Shown: one piece after another, positions 26,523-42,469 of the stretch
Numbering within the stretch: position 1 is the first letter of the stretch
Layout: the number at the start of each line of letters is the position of its first letter
DNA from: Octopus vulgaris
Lineage: Eukaryota
Reading direction: 5' to 3'
Assembly (NCBI GenBank): GCA_951406725.2
Contig: OX597838.1
Coordinates: 7,750,001 to 7,814,000, forward strand
DNA length: 64,000 nucleotides
Notes under the pieces: model-generated
The model's input: only the letters and a program-made list of their open reading frames with translations
Database searches by the model: none
What the model was told of the DNA's origin: nothing
Program-made: the position numbers and the translations under genes

Positions 26523-26838
26523 TATACACACATACGCACGCACACACACACATATATTTCGGTGATTTTAAGAAACAGGGAGATATAAGTATGAATATAT
26601 ATAAGTATATGTTTAGGAATTATATGCATATGTTCATGAATACTTATACAAATATATATATATATATATCTGCGTATATATATGCAAATATAAATGTGTA
26701 TATATACTTGTGTATATATATATATATTTGCATATTTATGTATTATGCACACTATATATATATATTTCTATATCCATCTTTTTATCTACATATATGTGTG
26801 TGTGTGTTCGTGTCTAGTTATTTCCTCATACATACAAC

Positions 26839-26887
<49 letters not shown>

Positions 26888-27560
26888 ATTCGTAGCGTGT
26901 GAGCGCGAATGCGTGTTTCTATGAAGAATATATATCTACACACGCACATACCCACAAACACACACACACTTACATATATACATGTTGAAAATTGCCTATA
27001 CATTCTGTGTCACCATTCAGCAAATCATAAGTTTCCGGTAGAAAATTATTGTCTGCTATTATGTATTATCGAAATGAGGAAGGATATCAAAATTAAGTAA
27101 TTGTGTTCGACTGTGAATATCACCATTAGAATAATCAGATCGTCCGTTTGTGCATGCAAGTTTTCTTCCAGTAAAATGTCTTTTATTAAATATTCATTTA
27201 CTATATCACCTCTGAGAAAACCAAATCGAATTGGACTTCCTGTCGTCTGTATAAGGGAAATTCACATGGGAATGAAATTACTCCAATTTTAATATCACTC
27301 ATGTTTTATTAAGAAATGAACTGTGTCCGTTATTCATCAATTTTCTCAATACAATTCTTTTCTATTTTTATTTTTATACTTTGATTTATTTTATTTTATT
27401 TCTCCATTTATATTTCAATATTTACTTATTTATTCGTTCCTTCCACCTTGGTCGATTTATTTGTTAAGTCAGTATGTTTCCCATAATGCATTCCGGCAAT
27501 TTGTTAAAATGTGTATGGAAACATTGTAACCACATTTAATAATTTTATATTGTTCATTTT

Positions 27561-27613
<53 letters not shown>

Positions 27614-27975
27614 TACACGCACAAAAAATACACACACGTGTGTATTATATGTATACATATTCTTTTCGATGTATTTGAGAGACCTGCATGTAGCTATATT
27701 TTTTAAGAAAAAGCTCCATCTCCTACTTTGAAGACTCCCACATGGACCAGCTTCTCGTCAAGAAGAGCAACTGAGGACAGCAACATAAAATTCCATCGTA
27801 AATCAAATGCCAATTAGTAATGTAGAATTAATGAAGGTGTAGCAACATCAATTGACGGTGCTCCATCATGGCCACAGCTTTCGAGCTGAGTCTTATAAAA
27901 GAGGAAAAATAGGTAAACTTGGATACTTATGAAATGCTTTCTACATTTGTGCTATCTCTTCGATGTTCTTATGAC

Positions 27976-28332
<357 letters not shown>

Positions 28333-28344
28333 TTGCCCCACTCC

Positions 28345-28933
28345 CCACCATCGCTTGACACTGATGTTGGTGTGATTTTCATTTCCGTAATCTAGTGGTT
28401 CGGCAGAAGAGAAGATAGAATAACTAATAGGGTTACAAAAATAAGTCCTGGTATCGATTTGTTTGATTCGATGTATTGCTCCAGCATGGCCGCAATCAAA
28501 TGACTGAAACAAGAACAAAAGAATTTTTAAAATGTATATGCATATTCTTATATTCTTTTATTTGTTCCAATCAGTTGACAGGCTGCCATACTGGAGCCGT
28601 GCCTCTGGTTGAACAAATCGACCCCAGGGCTTATTCTTTGTAAGCCTAGTATTTAATCTATCGGCCTCTTTTGTCGAACTGCTATGTTACAGGGACATAC
28701 ACACACCAACATCGGTTGTCAAGCGATGATGGGCCAATAAACTTATATATATATATATTTATTTATTTATACGGCGGGCTTCTTTCAGTTTCCGTCTACT
28801 AAATTCACTCACAAGGCTTTGGTCGGTCCGAGACTAGAATAGAAGACACTTGCTCAAGGTGCCACGCAGTGGTACTGAACCCGGAACCATGTTGTTGGGA
28901 AGCAAGCTACTTACCACACAGCCATATCTGCGC
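28345..28933. mobile_element. Tail-to-tail pair of family-A SINEs (3' half on +, 28345-28525; full copy on -, 28550-28933)
   Basis: CATCGCTTGACA...GACTGAAACAAG, followed after about 25 nt by the reverse-complement copy. Confidence 0.8.
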
Positions 28934-29830
28934 ATGTATTTATATATGAACGTTCGTATTTATCATATCTAAAATTTTATACGAAAAAAGTGCAGCGAAC
29001 TAATGTGTATTTTTTTTTAACGCTTACATCTTACAATAAAGTAGGTCATACCTAAATTCGTCTAAAACGCTTGTAATTGTAAAATCCACGTATGCATTTC
29101 CATATTAACCTATGCTCACTTACTAAATACATGTAAAGGTATTTAGTAATGATAGTTAATATCATGTAAAGGTATTATATGATATTAACTAAAAAGAAAA
29201 AAAAGATCCTTTTTAAATGCTTTATTTACGTGCAGATGTATTTACCTGTATTCCTATTATATACGTTGATTCGAATCTAATCGATGTGGAGACTTTCGTA
29301 CAGGATTCAGGCACAATCCTCTCGAGCCATTTACCATGATTGCTAATGTAAATAACCAACAGTTTAAATATTTCATTATATAAAACCTCCGAAGAAGCAT
29401 CGTTTTGTTTAATGGCGTCGGGTAGATATAATAACATATGCGTTACGTATATATTGCATAAACGGATTTTTTTTATGTAACGCATTTTGCCTTATAGACA
29501 TATAGTTTTAAATTTTATTTGATACATACACTAGCGTCTATGAAAGTATATGAAGAGACGGCTTGCTTAATTTGATTCTGTGTACGAGTTTCTAGTCTCA
29601 TATGTGATTTTATTATTCATTCCATGTTTTCGTATATGTGATTGTATGTTATAAATACTATAAAATATATATTGAATTCGAGGCAAGTTTATATGATGGA
29701 TAATATAGTTAGGTTTATAATCATGTGCAAATCAATACACACATATATGTATATATGTTTTTTTCATATACATAAACGCACACATACACACGTACGCATA
29801 TGAATATATATATATATATTCATATGCGAG

Positions 29831-29908
<78 letters not shown>

Positions 29909-30204
29909 TATGTATGTATGTACACATAGTTGAAATTTATAGAAAAACGAAATACGAAGACTGGTTTATGAATAACAAACAAGTGTATTAGTTTGACGCT
30001 TGGAGATTAATGAAAAAGTGTTTTACGTTTCGAGCCTACGCTCTTCTACAGGAAAGAATAAGAGAAAATAAACAGAGAAAGAATGACAAAAACTTGTAGA
30101 GTTCAGCGGACTGACATTGCGAAGCATGGGGGGGGGGAGGTTGAAAGAAAGGGAGATTATTGACTCCAGCATGGCCGTGGGCTAATGACTGAAACAAGTA
30201 AAAC

Positions 30205-30475
30205 TGCCGCTCACCCTCCCTACAGTCCAGACCTTAATGGCTGTGACATTTGCTTGCTGTCGAAGCTGGAGAAGATGAAGGCGAATGTGACAGGGTTCCT
30301 GGACACCTTCCGTTTGGAAGACTTCTATCGGACCTTCAGGACATGGCGGGAATGCTGCAACTAGTGCATTAAAGTGAGAGGATCTTATTTGAAGCGGGTT
30401 CGATGTTTCGTACTTCTTTGAAATTAGTAAATGCCACATGAAAAAGTCTAAAATCTTCTGTATCGCAAATGATGC
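30205..30475 (+). mobile_element. Mariner transposase C-terminal fragment
   Basis: HPPYSPDLNGCDICLLSKLE...TGFLDTF..EDF..TF..WRECCN*CIKVRGSY (YSPDL motif and the C-terminal CI..G.Y). Confidence 0.75.
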
Positions 30476-31004
30476 TTGCAAATAAAAAGATATGTAAGAT
30501 AGGCGTAGGTTTGGTTGTGTACTAGGAAGTTTGCTTTGCAATTTTACGGTCGCGTGTTCAATCTCACTACGTGGCACTATTTGCAAATAGCTTCGGTCAT
30601 TGTAGTAGGCCGACCAAAGTCTTGAGTATCGATGTGGCTGACGGAAGCTGACAGAAAAATGTTCTATCCGAGTGGAGGTGGGATGCGCGCGCATATGTAT
30701 ACATAGATATGTGTACGAATGTAAGTGTATATATATATATATATAGTTAATCCAAACATGAAAACACAAAGAGAAAACACAACAACGCTAGGACGTGGAA
30801 CAAATATAGTATTGTTGGACGCTCAGGAAGGAAGGGAAGAAGGAGGGCTTAAGGTTTCGAGTGGAGCTCTTCGTCAGAAACATAGGAAAAGGAAAAATCG
30901 ACAGAAGGGAAGGAGGAAAAAAATTGCCAACGGTACACACGCGGTCACACGTATACATATATATATATGTACACATATATATAAACTCCACCAACTATTC
31001 TGCC

Positions 31005-31240
31005 TATATGTCTACACCTGCCTTTGAATGCAATGTATGCCAGAAGGTTCGCAAATCTAACAGAGGCCTCAAAAGACATTTTAAGATCCACAAAGATCAG
31101 AACTTATCTGCAGCTCTTGCTGTTCCAAATCGGATGTGAAATCTGGGCGGGTGTCTTTTCAAAACATTGGTTTAAAAAGCCACATCAGATGCCATGATAG
31201 AGGAGGTGGTCAAACACTGCTTAAGGAGAAGACAACCACC

Positions 31241-31241
<1 letters not shown>
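31005..31241 (+). mobile_element. RTE-like LINE 3' end with C2H2 zinc-finger remnant
   Basis: FECNVCQKVRKSNRGLKRHFKIH...GLKSHIRCH. Homologous to 49872-50125(-), including the 3'UTR AAGGAG.AGACAACCAC. Confidence 0.75.
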
Positions 31242-31282
<41 letters not shown>

Positions 31283-32265
31283 TTGTGTGTGTGTGTGAGT
31301 ATGCATATATGTATTTATCTATCTATCTCTGTGAATGTGTTTATTTGTGTATCTAATTGTCCAATGTTCACCGACACCACTTGGCCACCGGTGTGGCTTT
31401 GTTTTCGTAATTGTAACTTAGCGTTTCGACAAAAAGAATAAGCATGGGATCGACCTGTTCGACTAGACCCGTGAAGGTGTTGCCCCAGCATGGCCACAGT
31501 TTAATGAACGAAAATATTTGAATGAAGGTTCTACGAATTTATCCAGTGAATATTTTTTTATTTAATAAATTCCTATTTGATGACTATCTGGCTGCTATTT
31601 TTAGCAACCGAAAAAATCTCATGTACGTCAGTTTGTTCTGAGGGTCACTTATTCTCACATACAATATTACCCTTAAAATATATAAACATGATACTATTTG
31701 AAAATCAATATTTCACATTTGTTCTTAACGCATAGCGTTTCCTAGCATTTTAATTTCACGCTTCGCTTTCCCTTAAATAATAACAGTAAACACAGCGAAA
31801 ACTTTAACGAAATTAATAAACTTACGCTGGGATTGTTTTTTAATTAACATTGGCTAAAAGACAATCATTTAGTTTGTTTTATTATTAAAGTTACTCAAGT
31901 TAAAAAAAAAGGTTATATATAGTTTCGTAAGTCAAAATATTCTCAGCGGGTAAAAAGTTTTCGCAACAGGAAATGTCTTGTGTTCTGCTTCATTTAATTG
32001 CATCACATGATTAGGAAATCAATTTCTGCTACTCATTTGTTACATAGAACAATGAACAACGTCTCTTCCCGCATCTATTTACATCTCTCAAGACATCTAT
32101 GGACCAATTTGAAGTTAAACATTTTTGTCAGACCCAGCTTAGATTACGAATCGAAGACAGCATGGCGAGATTATCTGGCTTACCGTCAATTCAGTCTGTT
32201 TTGATTGTTTGGCACTCTTGGACGGTTCAGCACCAATTTCCTTTTTGCTTTCCCTCTTCTATTTT

Positions 32266-32305
<40 letters not shown>

Positions 32306-32680
32306 TTGTTAGTTTTTGCTTTCTATGAATGCCTCAGTGTGTTATAATATTCTTCGTTATTTCTCCGATTCTGTGGCATATAAGGTTTTGTGCGTATGTA
32401 TGTGTGTGTGTGTGCGCGTGCAAGTGCATGTACATTCGTGTCCATATATGGCAATTGCTGGATGCTTGCATAAATGGGAAGAGCTGTAGGTGGAAGTTCA
32501 TATGTGTATATCAATTCCTGTATTTGAGTGTGTATACATAAGCATGTACATATACAAGTATACACATGCGTATGTATCCATGGATATATGTATGCAAGTA
32601 TGTATATCTCTATATAGGTGCATACGTATGTACGCAGGAATGCTTTTTTATGTATACGTACACTCACACACACACACACA

Positions 32681-32716
<36 letters not shown>

Positions 32717-32766
32717 GTTGTGTGTGTGTGTTTATAGAGAGATATATACGTACAAATATATGCACG

Positions 32767-32801
<35 letters not shown>

Positions 32802-32881
32802 GCATGCAAGTATTTATATAGGTGTGTATGTGCGTTGGAAGTATGCATGTATGCGTGCATGCAGGTATGAGTATACGTATA

Positions 32882-32912
<31 letters not shown>

Positions 32913-33711
32913 GTTTATATATATATATATTCATATATATATGTGTGTGCGTGTGTATATCTATATGTATGTATGATTATATCAATAGATAGATAGATAG
33001 ATATATACATACAACGAATGTACCCATGTATGTACGCAAGTATGTATGTATCCTCGTATTTAACTGTGTATAGAAGTCCTTATACATCTCTACAGAAGTT
33101 CGGAAGTATACTTGTATATATGGAATAACGTATGTCCGTATGTGCCATCCTGTATTGTGATTATTTTCCAAGTGTTAGTTAGGTAATGCGAACGGAATTA
33201 CATCAATTAGTGCCCAGTTAGTCCCGAGGGATCAAACCTCATTCACATCCAATTTACCGTGTAATTACTTTTCATTACGACCTTACTAAATTCCAAACAA
33301 TTTGCCAATGTCATATAATTTCTCTCAGAGTTTTTAATGTGCTTAAGACATTCTCCAACGTCACTGCATTGTCCTATAGAGCCCAACACACACACACACA
33401 CACACTTACACACATAGCTAAAGTAAAGAGAAATATATAATCAAAATTAATAATGCGTATACGCTTTACTCTTTCACTACTCTCCGTCATTGAACTGCAG
33501 CCATACTGGAGTCCGCCTTTAAGTCTTTTGTCATATATATATATGCACACACACACACGTGCACTCGCATACAAAGAAATATACATATTGCTATATGAAT
33601 TGTGTAGGGCAGGATGAACCTTGATCCTGAACACCTACAACCAACGGCAATCCAGATATGACCATCCTAAATATTCTCTTTATATTCATTAAAGTATTCT
33701 GAATATGTGTG

Positions 33712-33748
<37 letters not shown>

Positions 33749-34160
33749 AACTTGTTTATAATTTAACCTTTAAAGGTATTCTTTAATATGCTGGCCATTG
33801 ATTAGGTTAGATATCACCGTGATCACCGTGACCGACCAGGCTATCAGATGTTTCTACACATCGTTGGTCACAATGCGCTTCGCATTGTTTTAGCCTTCAA
33901 ATGACGCCACCCCACTGGCTAAGCGAGCAGGCCAACATTAGATATATATATATGTATATAGATATATACATACAGTAATCCCTCGGCATATCGCGGTTCA
34001 CCCATCACTGGGGCATTTGGAATGTAACACTTGCGATAGTTGAGGGATTGCGATATACACACGCACACTCACACACATATGTGTGTGTAAATGTGCGTGT
34101 GTGAGCGTGAGTGTGTGTGAGCGTGAGTGTGTGTGTGTATGTGTTTTTGTGTGTGTATAT

Positions 34161-34253
<93 letters not shown>

Positions 34254-34366
34254 TGTTTTCAAAGTTTATCATTCTCTCAAATAAGACAATGATGCGAAAC
34301 AGACAGTTTTTTTTTTTTTTTTTAGTATGTATCGGTCTGCATACTCTCCATAGTTATAGTTATTGC

Positions 34367-34428
<62 letters not shown>

Positions 34429-34987
34429 GTGAAGACAAAAGTTTGGAATAATTTTTTTTTAAATCAAGATTGTTATGCTCGAGTGTATCGTTAGATTCCA
34501 TTCTGTCAACACGTCAAATGTAAATTGCTTCCCTGAAGACAGAGCCAGGTATTACCTGATGATTGAATTCCTTTACAATCATTATGTTGAAAATCCAAGC
34601 CCTTGAAACTGCTGCTGGACTCGTAAAATACGTATTCAACTTATTCAATTCCGGAAATTGTTTGTATTTTGTGTAAGTCAGACGTTTTTATATGTAAATA
34701 TATGTACATTTTTTGAGTTAAATGTATTTGATATTTTTTGTATATCGACTTGGCTAACTCCCTTGTCCTTAAATTTACTTCTCTACCTGATCAAATTTAA
34801 ATCTATTGAGCACTACGAAGTGTATTCTTCACAGAGTATACCTGCCTGTAATCTCTGTCTCTCACTCTCTCTCTATACATATATATATATATATATGATA
34901 TGTATATACCAATGTCATTATACACACATAAACACACACACACACATACACACATACACACACACATATATATATATACATACTTGC

Positions 34988-35069
<82 letters not shown>

Positions 35070-35606
35070 GCATACATACATATGCCAACGTATTATTTCA
35101 TACAAATGTGCCTTTATCTTCATGTCTGTGCCTCATACCAAAATTCTATGCAGGCTACAGTAGGGAATGATAGTTTATGCTACGATAAATCCTATTTTCG
35201 ATGCTCTAGGATAGTGAAAACAGACGTAGCCTTCTATTCACATGAACGAATATATCACGTCATACGCCGACGGGCAAAACAACGCCATATTGAAAATAAT
35301 TATATAGAATGAAAAAATACGTCATTATTGGTGATAGGAAATATGATTTAGCCTTTCAAGCAAAAAAAAAATACTTCAATTTATATTGTCAAACTACCAG
35401 ACGGGAATTCATCTTTGGTGTGCATAAGTTATTACATTGTATATGATGTTATATATTATATGTTATTACATTCAAGGTTATTAGCTAGTTCATTGACGGT
35501 GTCAAAACTCAACTCAGTATTACCACTTGGTTGTGGCTGTTTAAGACCAGTGAAAATCGTATTATGAAAATATGGCCTCAATAAACAAGAGAACCATCAC
35601 TTGATT

Positions 35607-35673
<67 letters not shown>

Positions 35674-35781
35674 GTGTGTGTCTGTATGCGTTTGTGTGTT
35701 AGTACGTTTATTCAAACCAAAATGCATATTTATATGAATGCATGTATGTATCTATATATATGTAAGCATGGATATATATGT

Positions 35782-35844
<63 letters not shown>

Positions 35845-35958
35845 TATGTATGTGTGTATATATATATAAATATATGTATATATAATTATGTATATACATA
35901 TATATATATTTATATATATATTATATATATATGTATATATGTATTTGTATGTATATAC

Positions 35959-36006
<48 letters not shown>

Positions 36007-36740
36007 TTTTTATATAGACTTTTTCATTTTCCCGAGTGTCAAGCTAATACACTTGTCTGTTGTTCATATACCTGTCTTCGTCTTTTGTTTTTCTATAAAT
36101 TTCAACTGAATATATATATATGTGTGTGTGTGTATGTGTGCGTGTGTGTGTGCATGTGTGTGTGTATGTTTGTGTCTGTAGTATATACGTATATACATTT
36201 TGTCTATAAATTTTGAAATTTATCTTTACGAACTTTTAGTGCTCTCTCCGGTTTTTAAAACGTGATTGAATCCCATCTCTGACACAGGTGGGACAACGTA
36301 TGTGAGAAGGTTTGAAACTCCATACGTGGCAACCCAACCTAAACTTTATGCTGGAAGGGAGTTATGTGATTAGCATATGATCTTTAAATTCCCCCCTCAC
36401 ATTGTCCTGTATAGGTCTTCTTATTTGTTGTATTATCCTCTAGCGTTGCATTAACTTCTGCTTCATATATGACAGATTCAATCATACATCGCTGGCCAAG
36501 TGGACATTATCATTTGTCACGACAGTTACAAAGGAAATTAGGTTTTTGGTGTTGACCTCGTGTAAGAATATTCTTCATATTGGGGCAGCAGCTATATGAT
36601 AATTTAACAGAACGCCTTTCGATATTTCTTGTACTTGTGAGTTGCTGGAAAATATTTGGCTAAGAGAGAAAGGAATCTTTTACCTATGTTAGTTTTTACA
36701 TTAAGGGAGAAGGGAGTAGCATACCAAATAGTTATCCCTG

Positions 36741-36774
<34 letters not shown>

Positions 36775-37033
36775 AAATTAAAATGAAAGTGAGTGTGAAA
36801 ATTGGATATTAATTTGATAACATCGTTTTAACACCAGTGGTTAATAGTGAAACATTTTTTGTGATTAATCTATATTTTTGCTACTTTTCATTTGCCTTGC
36901 TAGCTTACGTTTCTGGTGTTTGCTAAATTTTCTAGAGAACATTTCTAAGTGGTAAGACCATAGCGGATCTACTAGAGTTCTCCACATATTTGCCATCCCT
37001 CTCATATATATGTAATATATATATATATGTATA

Positions 37034-37430
37034 TACTCTTTTACTCTTTTACTTGTTTCAGTCATTTGGTTGCGGCCATACTGGGGCACCGCCTTTAGTC
37101 GATCAAATCGACCCCGGGACTTATTCTTTGTAAGCCCAGTACTTATTCTATCGGTCTCTTTTGCTGAACCGCTAAGTGACGGGGACGTAAACACACCAGC
37201 ATCGGTTGTCAAGCAATGCTAGGGGGGGCCAAACACAGACACACAAACACACTCACATACATATCTATATACGATAGGCTTCTTTCAGTTTCCGTCTACC
37301 AAATCCACTCACAAGGCATTGGTCGGCCCGGGGCTATAGCAGAAGACACTTGCCCAAGATGCCACGCAGTGGACTGAACCCGCAACCATGTGGTTTGTTA
37401 GCAAGCTACTTACCACACTGCCACTCCTGC
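37034..37430 (-). mobile_element. SINE family A, full length
   Basis: Reverse complement of 10231-10640. Confidence 0.9.
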
Positions 37431-37433
37431 CCT

Positions 37434-37488
37434 TATATACCAAGCCCAACCGTGTTTATCTGCAACACTACGTATCTGTATTTGTTTG

Positions 37489-37541
<53 letters not shown>

Positions 37542-37592
37542 ACTATTACAGATACGTAGTGTTGCAGATAAACACGGTGGGCTTGGTATATA
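37434..37592. repeat. Inverted repeat of about 46 bp around an (AT)n spacer
   Basis: TATACCAAGCCCAACCGTGTTTATCTGCAACACTACGTATCTGTA ... TACAGATACGTAGTGTTGCAGATAAACACGGTGGGCTTGGTATA. Confidence 0.9.
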
Positions 37593-38076
37593 ATACACAG
37601 AAACATATACACATATATGTATATATAGGAATATATCAAGAGAGATAAACTTGAACGGAAACATACAGCAGGTGAAAACACTTGTATAAACATATAGATA
37701 CCAATATATTTTTACAAAATAAATAAACTTACATGGACTACAAAATATAGTGAAAACTAAGGGATGGAGGTATGGTATTTTAAATTCGACAGCTGTTTCT
37801 GGGGGCTCGGGATTACCTAATAGTTTTAAAGTTATCAAGGAGAAAAGTTCGATCTAACGTAGAGGATGCACGTAAACATTAACGGAAAACAAGCTTTGTT
37901 GGGAGGATGGATTGGCAAATAACTGCTTTCCAATACAAGTAAGGAATACGTAGCATCAACTGCATACGAGTGAAGAACAACAGTGGAAAAGAAAAAGGGA
38001 CGCTAGAAGTAACAGAGGCCAAAGAAACTAAACCTTGATTATAAAGACAAATGTCTTGTCTTGATGTACATTTTGT

Positions 38077-38140
<64 letters not shown>

Positions 38141-38430
38141 TGAAAGAGAGAGCGACAGGCAGACAGGGACAGAGAGAGATGCATTGAGGCGTGTGGTGTT
38201 ACAAAAATAAGAACGGAGTAAATAATTTAAATGCACATACAAAGATCATAAATAACATGAAAATGAATGTAAGTTGGCGACTTCAAATCGCATATTATTT
38301 CACGAGCTATTTTCAGCCATCTTATTATCGATAGAAAATATAGAGAGAGAGATACAGATAAATAGATAGATAAATAGATACTTCTATGCATGTATAATTA
38401 TATCGATATATGTATCCATATATACATACA

Positions 38431-38754
<324 letters not shown>

Positions 38755-39294
38755 GCAATTACTCAGCGAGAAAGAGAAAGAGAGCGACATGAGCTGCTTT
38801 GAAATGTCTAAAAGTTGGTATATAGCTGACCAGATGGTAGTGGTGGTGATGGTGGTGGTGGTGGAGGTGGCGGTAGTGGTGATGGTGGTACTGGTGGTGG
38901 TGCTGGTGGTGCTGGTGGTGCTGGTGCTGGTGCTGGTGCTGGTAGTGGTTTTGAAAATGTTCTTCTTAATCTTCCTCATATTGATCAAAAAAAAAAGAAA
39001 TAATAATAATAACAACAACAACAATAATAATGACAAAAGCAAAAACAAGAACAAGAACGGTAACAGCAAATGGTGAACAGCAGAAAAACAAAGGAACCAT
39101 ATGTCGCCCAAACAGCATCATCTCTTGCATCCTTTGCAAAAAGTCCCCTAATTATCGGCGGAATAGTGCCAATGACAAAAAGCCGTCAGCTATATGGAGG
39201 ACGTGTGAAATGTCATATTTTACTTGGCTCAAAGCACAGAAGAGAGGAAGATCTATTTTGAAGCAGAGCCAAATAGTTCTCTCAGTCAGCATAG

Positions 39295-39345
39295 ATGATG
39301 ATGATGATGATGATAGGGATGATGATGACGACGACGAATATAATA

Positions 39346-39376
<31 letters not shown>

Positions 39377-39381
39377 TAATG

Positions 39382-39412
<31 letters not shown>

Positions 39413-39480
39413 TGATGATAATAATAATAATAATAATAATGATGATGATAATAACAATACTAATAATAATAATAATAATA

Positions 39481-39517
<37 letters not shown>

Positions 39518-39563
39518 TAAAAATAATAACAATAATAATAATAATTACAACAACAACAACAAC

Positions 39564-39622
<59 letters not shown>

Positions 39623-39650
39623 TAATAATAATAATAATAATAATGGTCAT
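39295..39650. repeat. Compound (GAT)/(AAT)n microsatellite
   Basis: Read directly from the sequence. Confidence 0.95.
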
Positions 39651-40536
39651 AATAACGTTGCGGAGGAGTATGAGAAAGGGGGAGAGTGTGGGAGGTTGCT
39701 TGTTGAAACTGGTTGCTTTTTAGCTGGCTCGCAACAGCATTTGATGAGCAACGCATTTTTGTACATTTGTGTATTATATATATATATATGTGTGTATGTG
39801 TGTGTCTGTGTGTCGGTCGATGTATAGATGCATTGTCGTTTGTATGTAGGAATATCGAGGAAGTATGCAGATACGAATGCCAATATATTGACATATATTT
39901 CACATATATAGTCTTGAAGGTGGACCTTGTTTCGCAATATGCGTTTATACATACATACACGCACATACCTACATACGCACACACACACGCATACACACAC
40001 AAATATACATGTGTGCATGTATGTGTATATGTATATATACGTGTATGTATATATATATATTTATGTGTATGTATATATATATATAATGTATATATATATG
40101 CATATACACACACATACAGACACAAACACACAAACACACAAACACATACATGTACAGATATACATATATATACAAACATATATAGTTATACATATGTTCT
40201 TACATCGATGCATATTCTGATATTATTTATCGCTCATGCTGTAGCAACTCCTTGAAAACTTCTATCTGTCGAGTACATATAAATAATGTTTTTTTTTTTA
40301 AAAGTCTATTATTATTTTGTCGATTCTTTTAGTCGAACTACTAACTTACGGTATCAGTGTCATGAACGTGTTTATTTATAGCTCCTTATATACATATAAG
40401 GGGAATCACCACTAGGTGGATTCCTAATATGCTAGAGGAAGACTCCATATGGTCTTACCTCTATGAAAAATATTTTCGTAAACGCCTGAACGTAAAGCGA
40501 GCAAGACGAATAGTAAGATACACAATTTGTGGATAA

Positions 40537-40602
40537 GCTACATACCTAGATTTCGTTGTGACTATTTACAATGAGTAAATGTCTGCGACTCATCAGTGTG
40601 AC
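40537..40602 (-). ncRNA. Type-I hammerhead-like motif with canonical core and extended stem II
   Basis: Minus strand: GUCACA-CUGAUGA-GUCG-CA-GAC-AUUUAC-UCAUU-GUAAAU-A-GUC-A-CAAC-GAAA-UCUAGG-UA-UGUAGC. Near-palindromic stem III (AUCUAGGU) and GUA triplet. Confidence 0.6.
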
Positions 40603-41677
40603 TGTCACGGAAAAATATAATTCACAGAACTATACACGAGATATCCTCACAAGAAAGGATATGTGACATACACCCCCAAATATAATTGATAGAACTGTGT
40701 ACAGGTCTTCTCTTGTAAGGATGAGTAGCTTACCTTTGAGTCAGGTATATGTGAAAGAAATGGAAAAGAATTTATCAAAGCAGATTTATGGTATTTAAAG
40801 AGAGTTAATGCTAATGCAATGTATGTAGATTTAAAAGTCATAGTCTCATATAGTTATTTCAGGCATATCCCAGGATCGTGTACCTAGGATATCATATTTT
40901 TCTAATGCTCCGTATAATGTGCATTCTACCATCGGAAAAATATAAGAAATATAAGCTGGGAAATCTAGGCAGGGACATTTATTGTAGAAAAATGCGTTGC
41001 ACAGTAGAAAGTTCGGGGTTCGTCATAGTTTATAGATTATCGTATTCCGGGTTGTAGAGGCATTTATTCAGATCCAAATGCAAGGATTTACGTATGTTCC
41101 TAAGTAAATCCACTGTTCAAAATAGAGGTTGAGTAATGTAGACAGAAAAGATAGTGCTAGCAGTTTTTATTTTGAACAATGGTACATGTGTTCCACTCAT
41201 ATCCGTTTGATGGCCGTCCTTTGACAGGTTTTGTCGTTGTGTTTCTCGTCCTGCTGTGTGTGAAAGAAAAGCCACCTTCCTTACCAAAAACACTTGGTAG
41301 ATTTCACTGATTAGTTGCTGACAGTTCAAATATGCGGTCGACTTCTCGAGTGCACATGCTACCAGTTGCACTAAGAGTGGCATACCTACATACAGACGGA
41401 CAGACATGTATGCATGCATTAAACTTGAAGATATCTTAAAATGCACCTTCATCAAGATGAGAACATCTCTGGCAAAACATCGAACTACCTGTCACATTTA
41501 AAAATTAAATATTTTATGTATTACTCTTTTAGTTCGGTTCATATTTGTCTTCGTATAACTAAGAGAATGTACGTATACATGCTTATACATACATTCATAC
41601 ATATGTATATATATATATATATATATATACGTAAACATATATGTATGTAATTAAATATATAAAAACACACACACACA

Positions 41678-41721
<44 letters not shown>

Positions 41722-41761
41722 TTACACATACACACACAAATGTGCGTCTGAGTGGGGGCCG

Positions 41762-41846
<85 letters not shown>

Positions 41847-42469
41847 GTAGTTAGGTAGGTAGGTAGGTAGGTAGGTAGGTAGGTAGGTAGGTAGGTAGGT
41901 AGGTAGGTAGGTAGGTAGGTAGGTAGGCATGTATGTAGGTAAGTAGGTAGGTAGGTAGGTAAGTAGGTAGCTGGCTGGCTGGATGAATGGATGGATGGAT
42001 AGATGGATGAGTGTAAGGATGGGTGGATATACATACCTACATAAACAAACGCACATATATATATATATTATTAATTATGTGTGTGTGTATCTGTGCTTGT
42101 GCATACATATATAAATATATAAATATACGCATATAAACATACATATAACTAAGTGTGCGTAAGTCTCGTTCTCCTAGCACATTACAACTCCATTTTATCG
42201 GAACTGTCATTTTCCTCCATTTATGCTAAAAGCACTGGATTCCTTCTTGTCCTTCTACCTTCTCTCTCCGTCTTGTCACCTTGTCATAATGACATTATAC
42301 TCATTGTCACAAACCATTACAGACCTACACGAGAAGAGCAACAAAAACAACGACAACAACAACAACAACAACAACAACAGCAAGGATGACTACGTCGTTT
42401 ACCTTCAACAGCAACGACGACGACGACGAAAATAGCAAAAACACTCGCGAAATGGAATAAATAGCTACC

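Noticed and set aside
30861-31200. Host C2H2 zinc-finger gene
   Set aside because: The fingers are the 3' end of an RTE-like LINE that is also present at 49872-50125.
40401-40436. Helitron 3' end (hairpin followed by CTAG)
   Set aside because: CTAG is followed by A rather than T, and no 5' TC end or second copy was identified.
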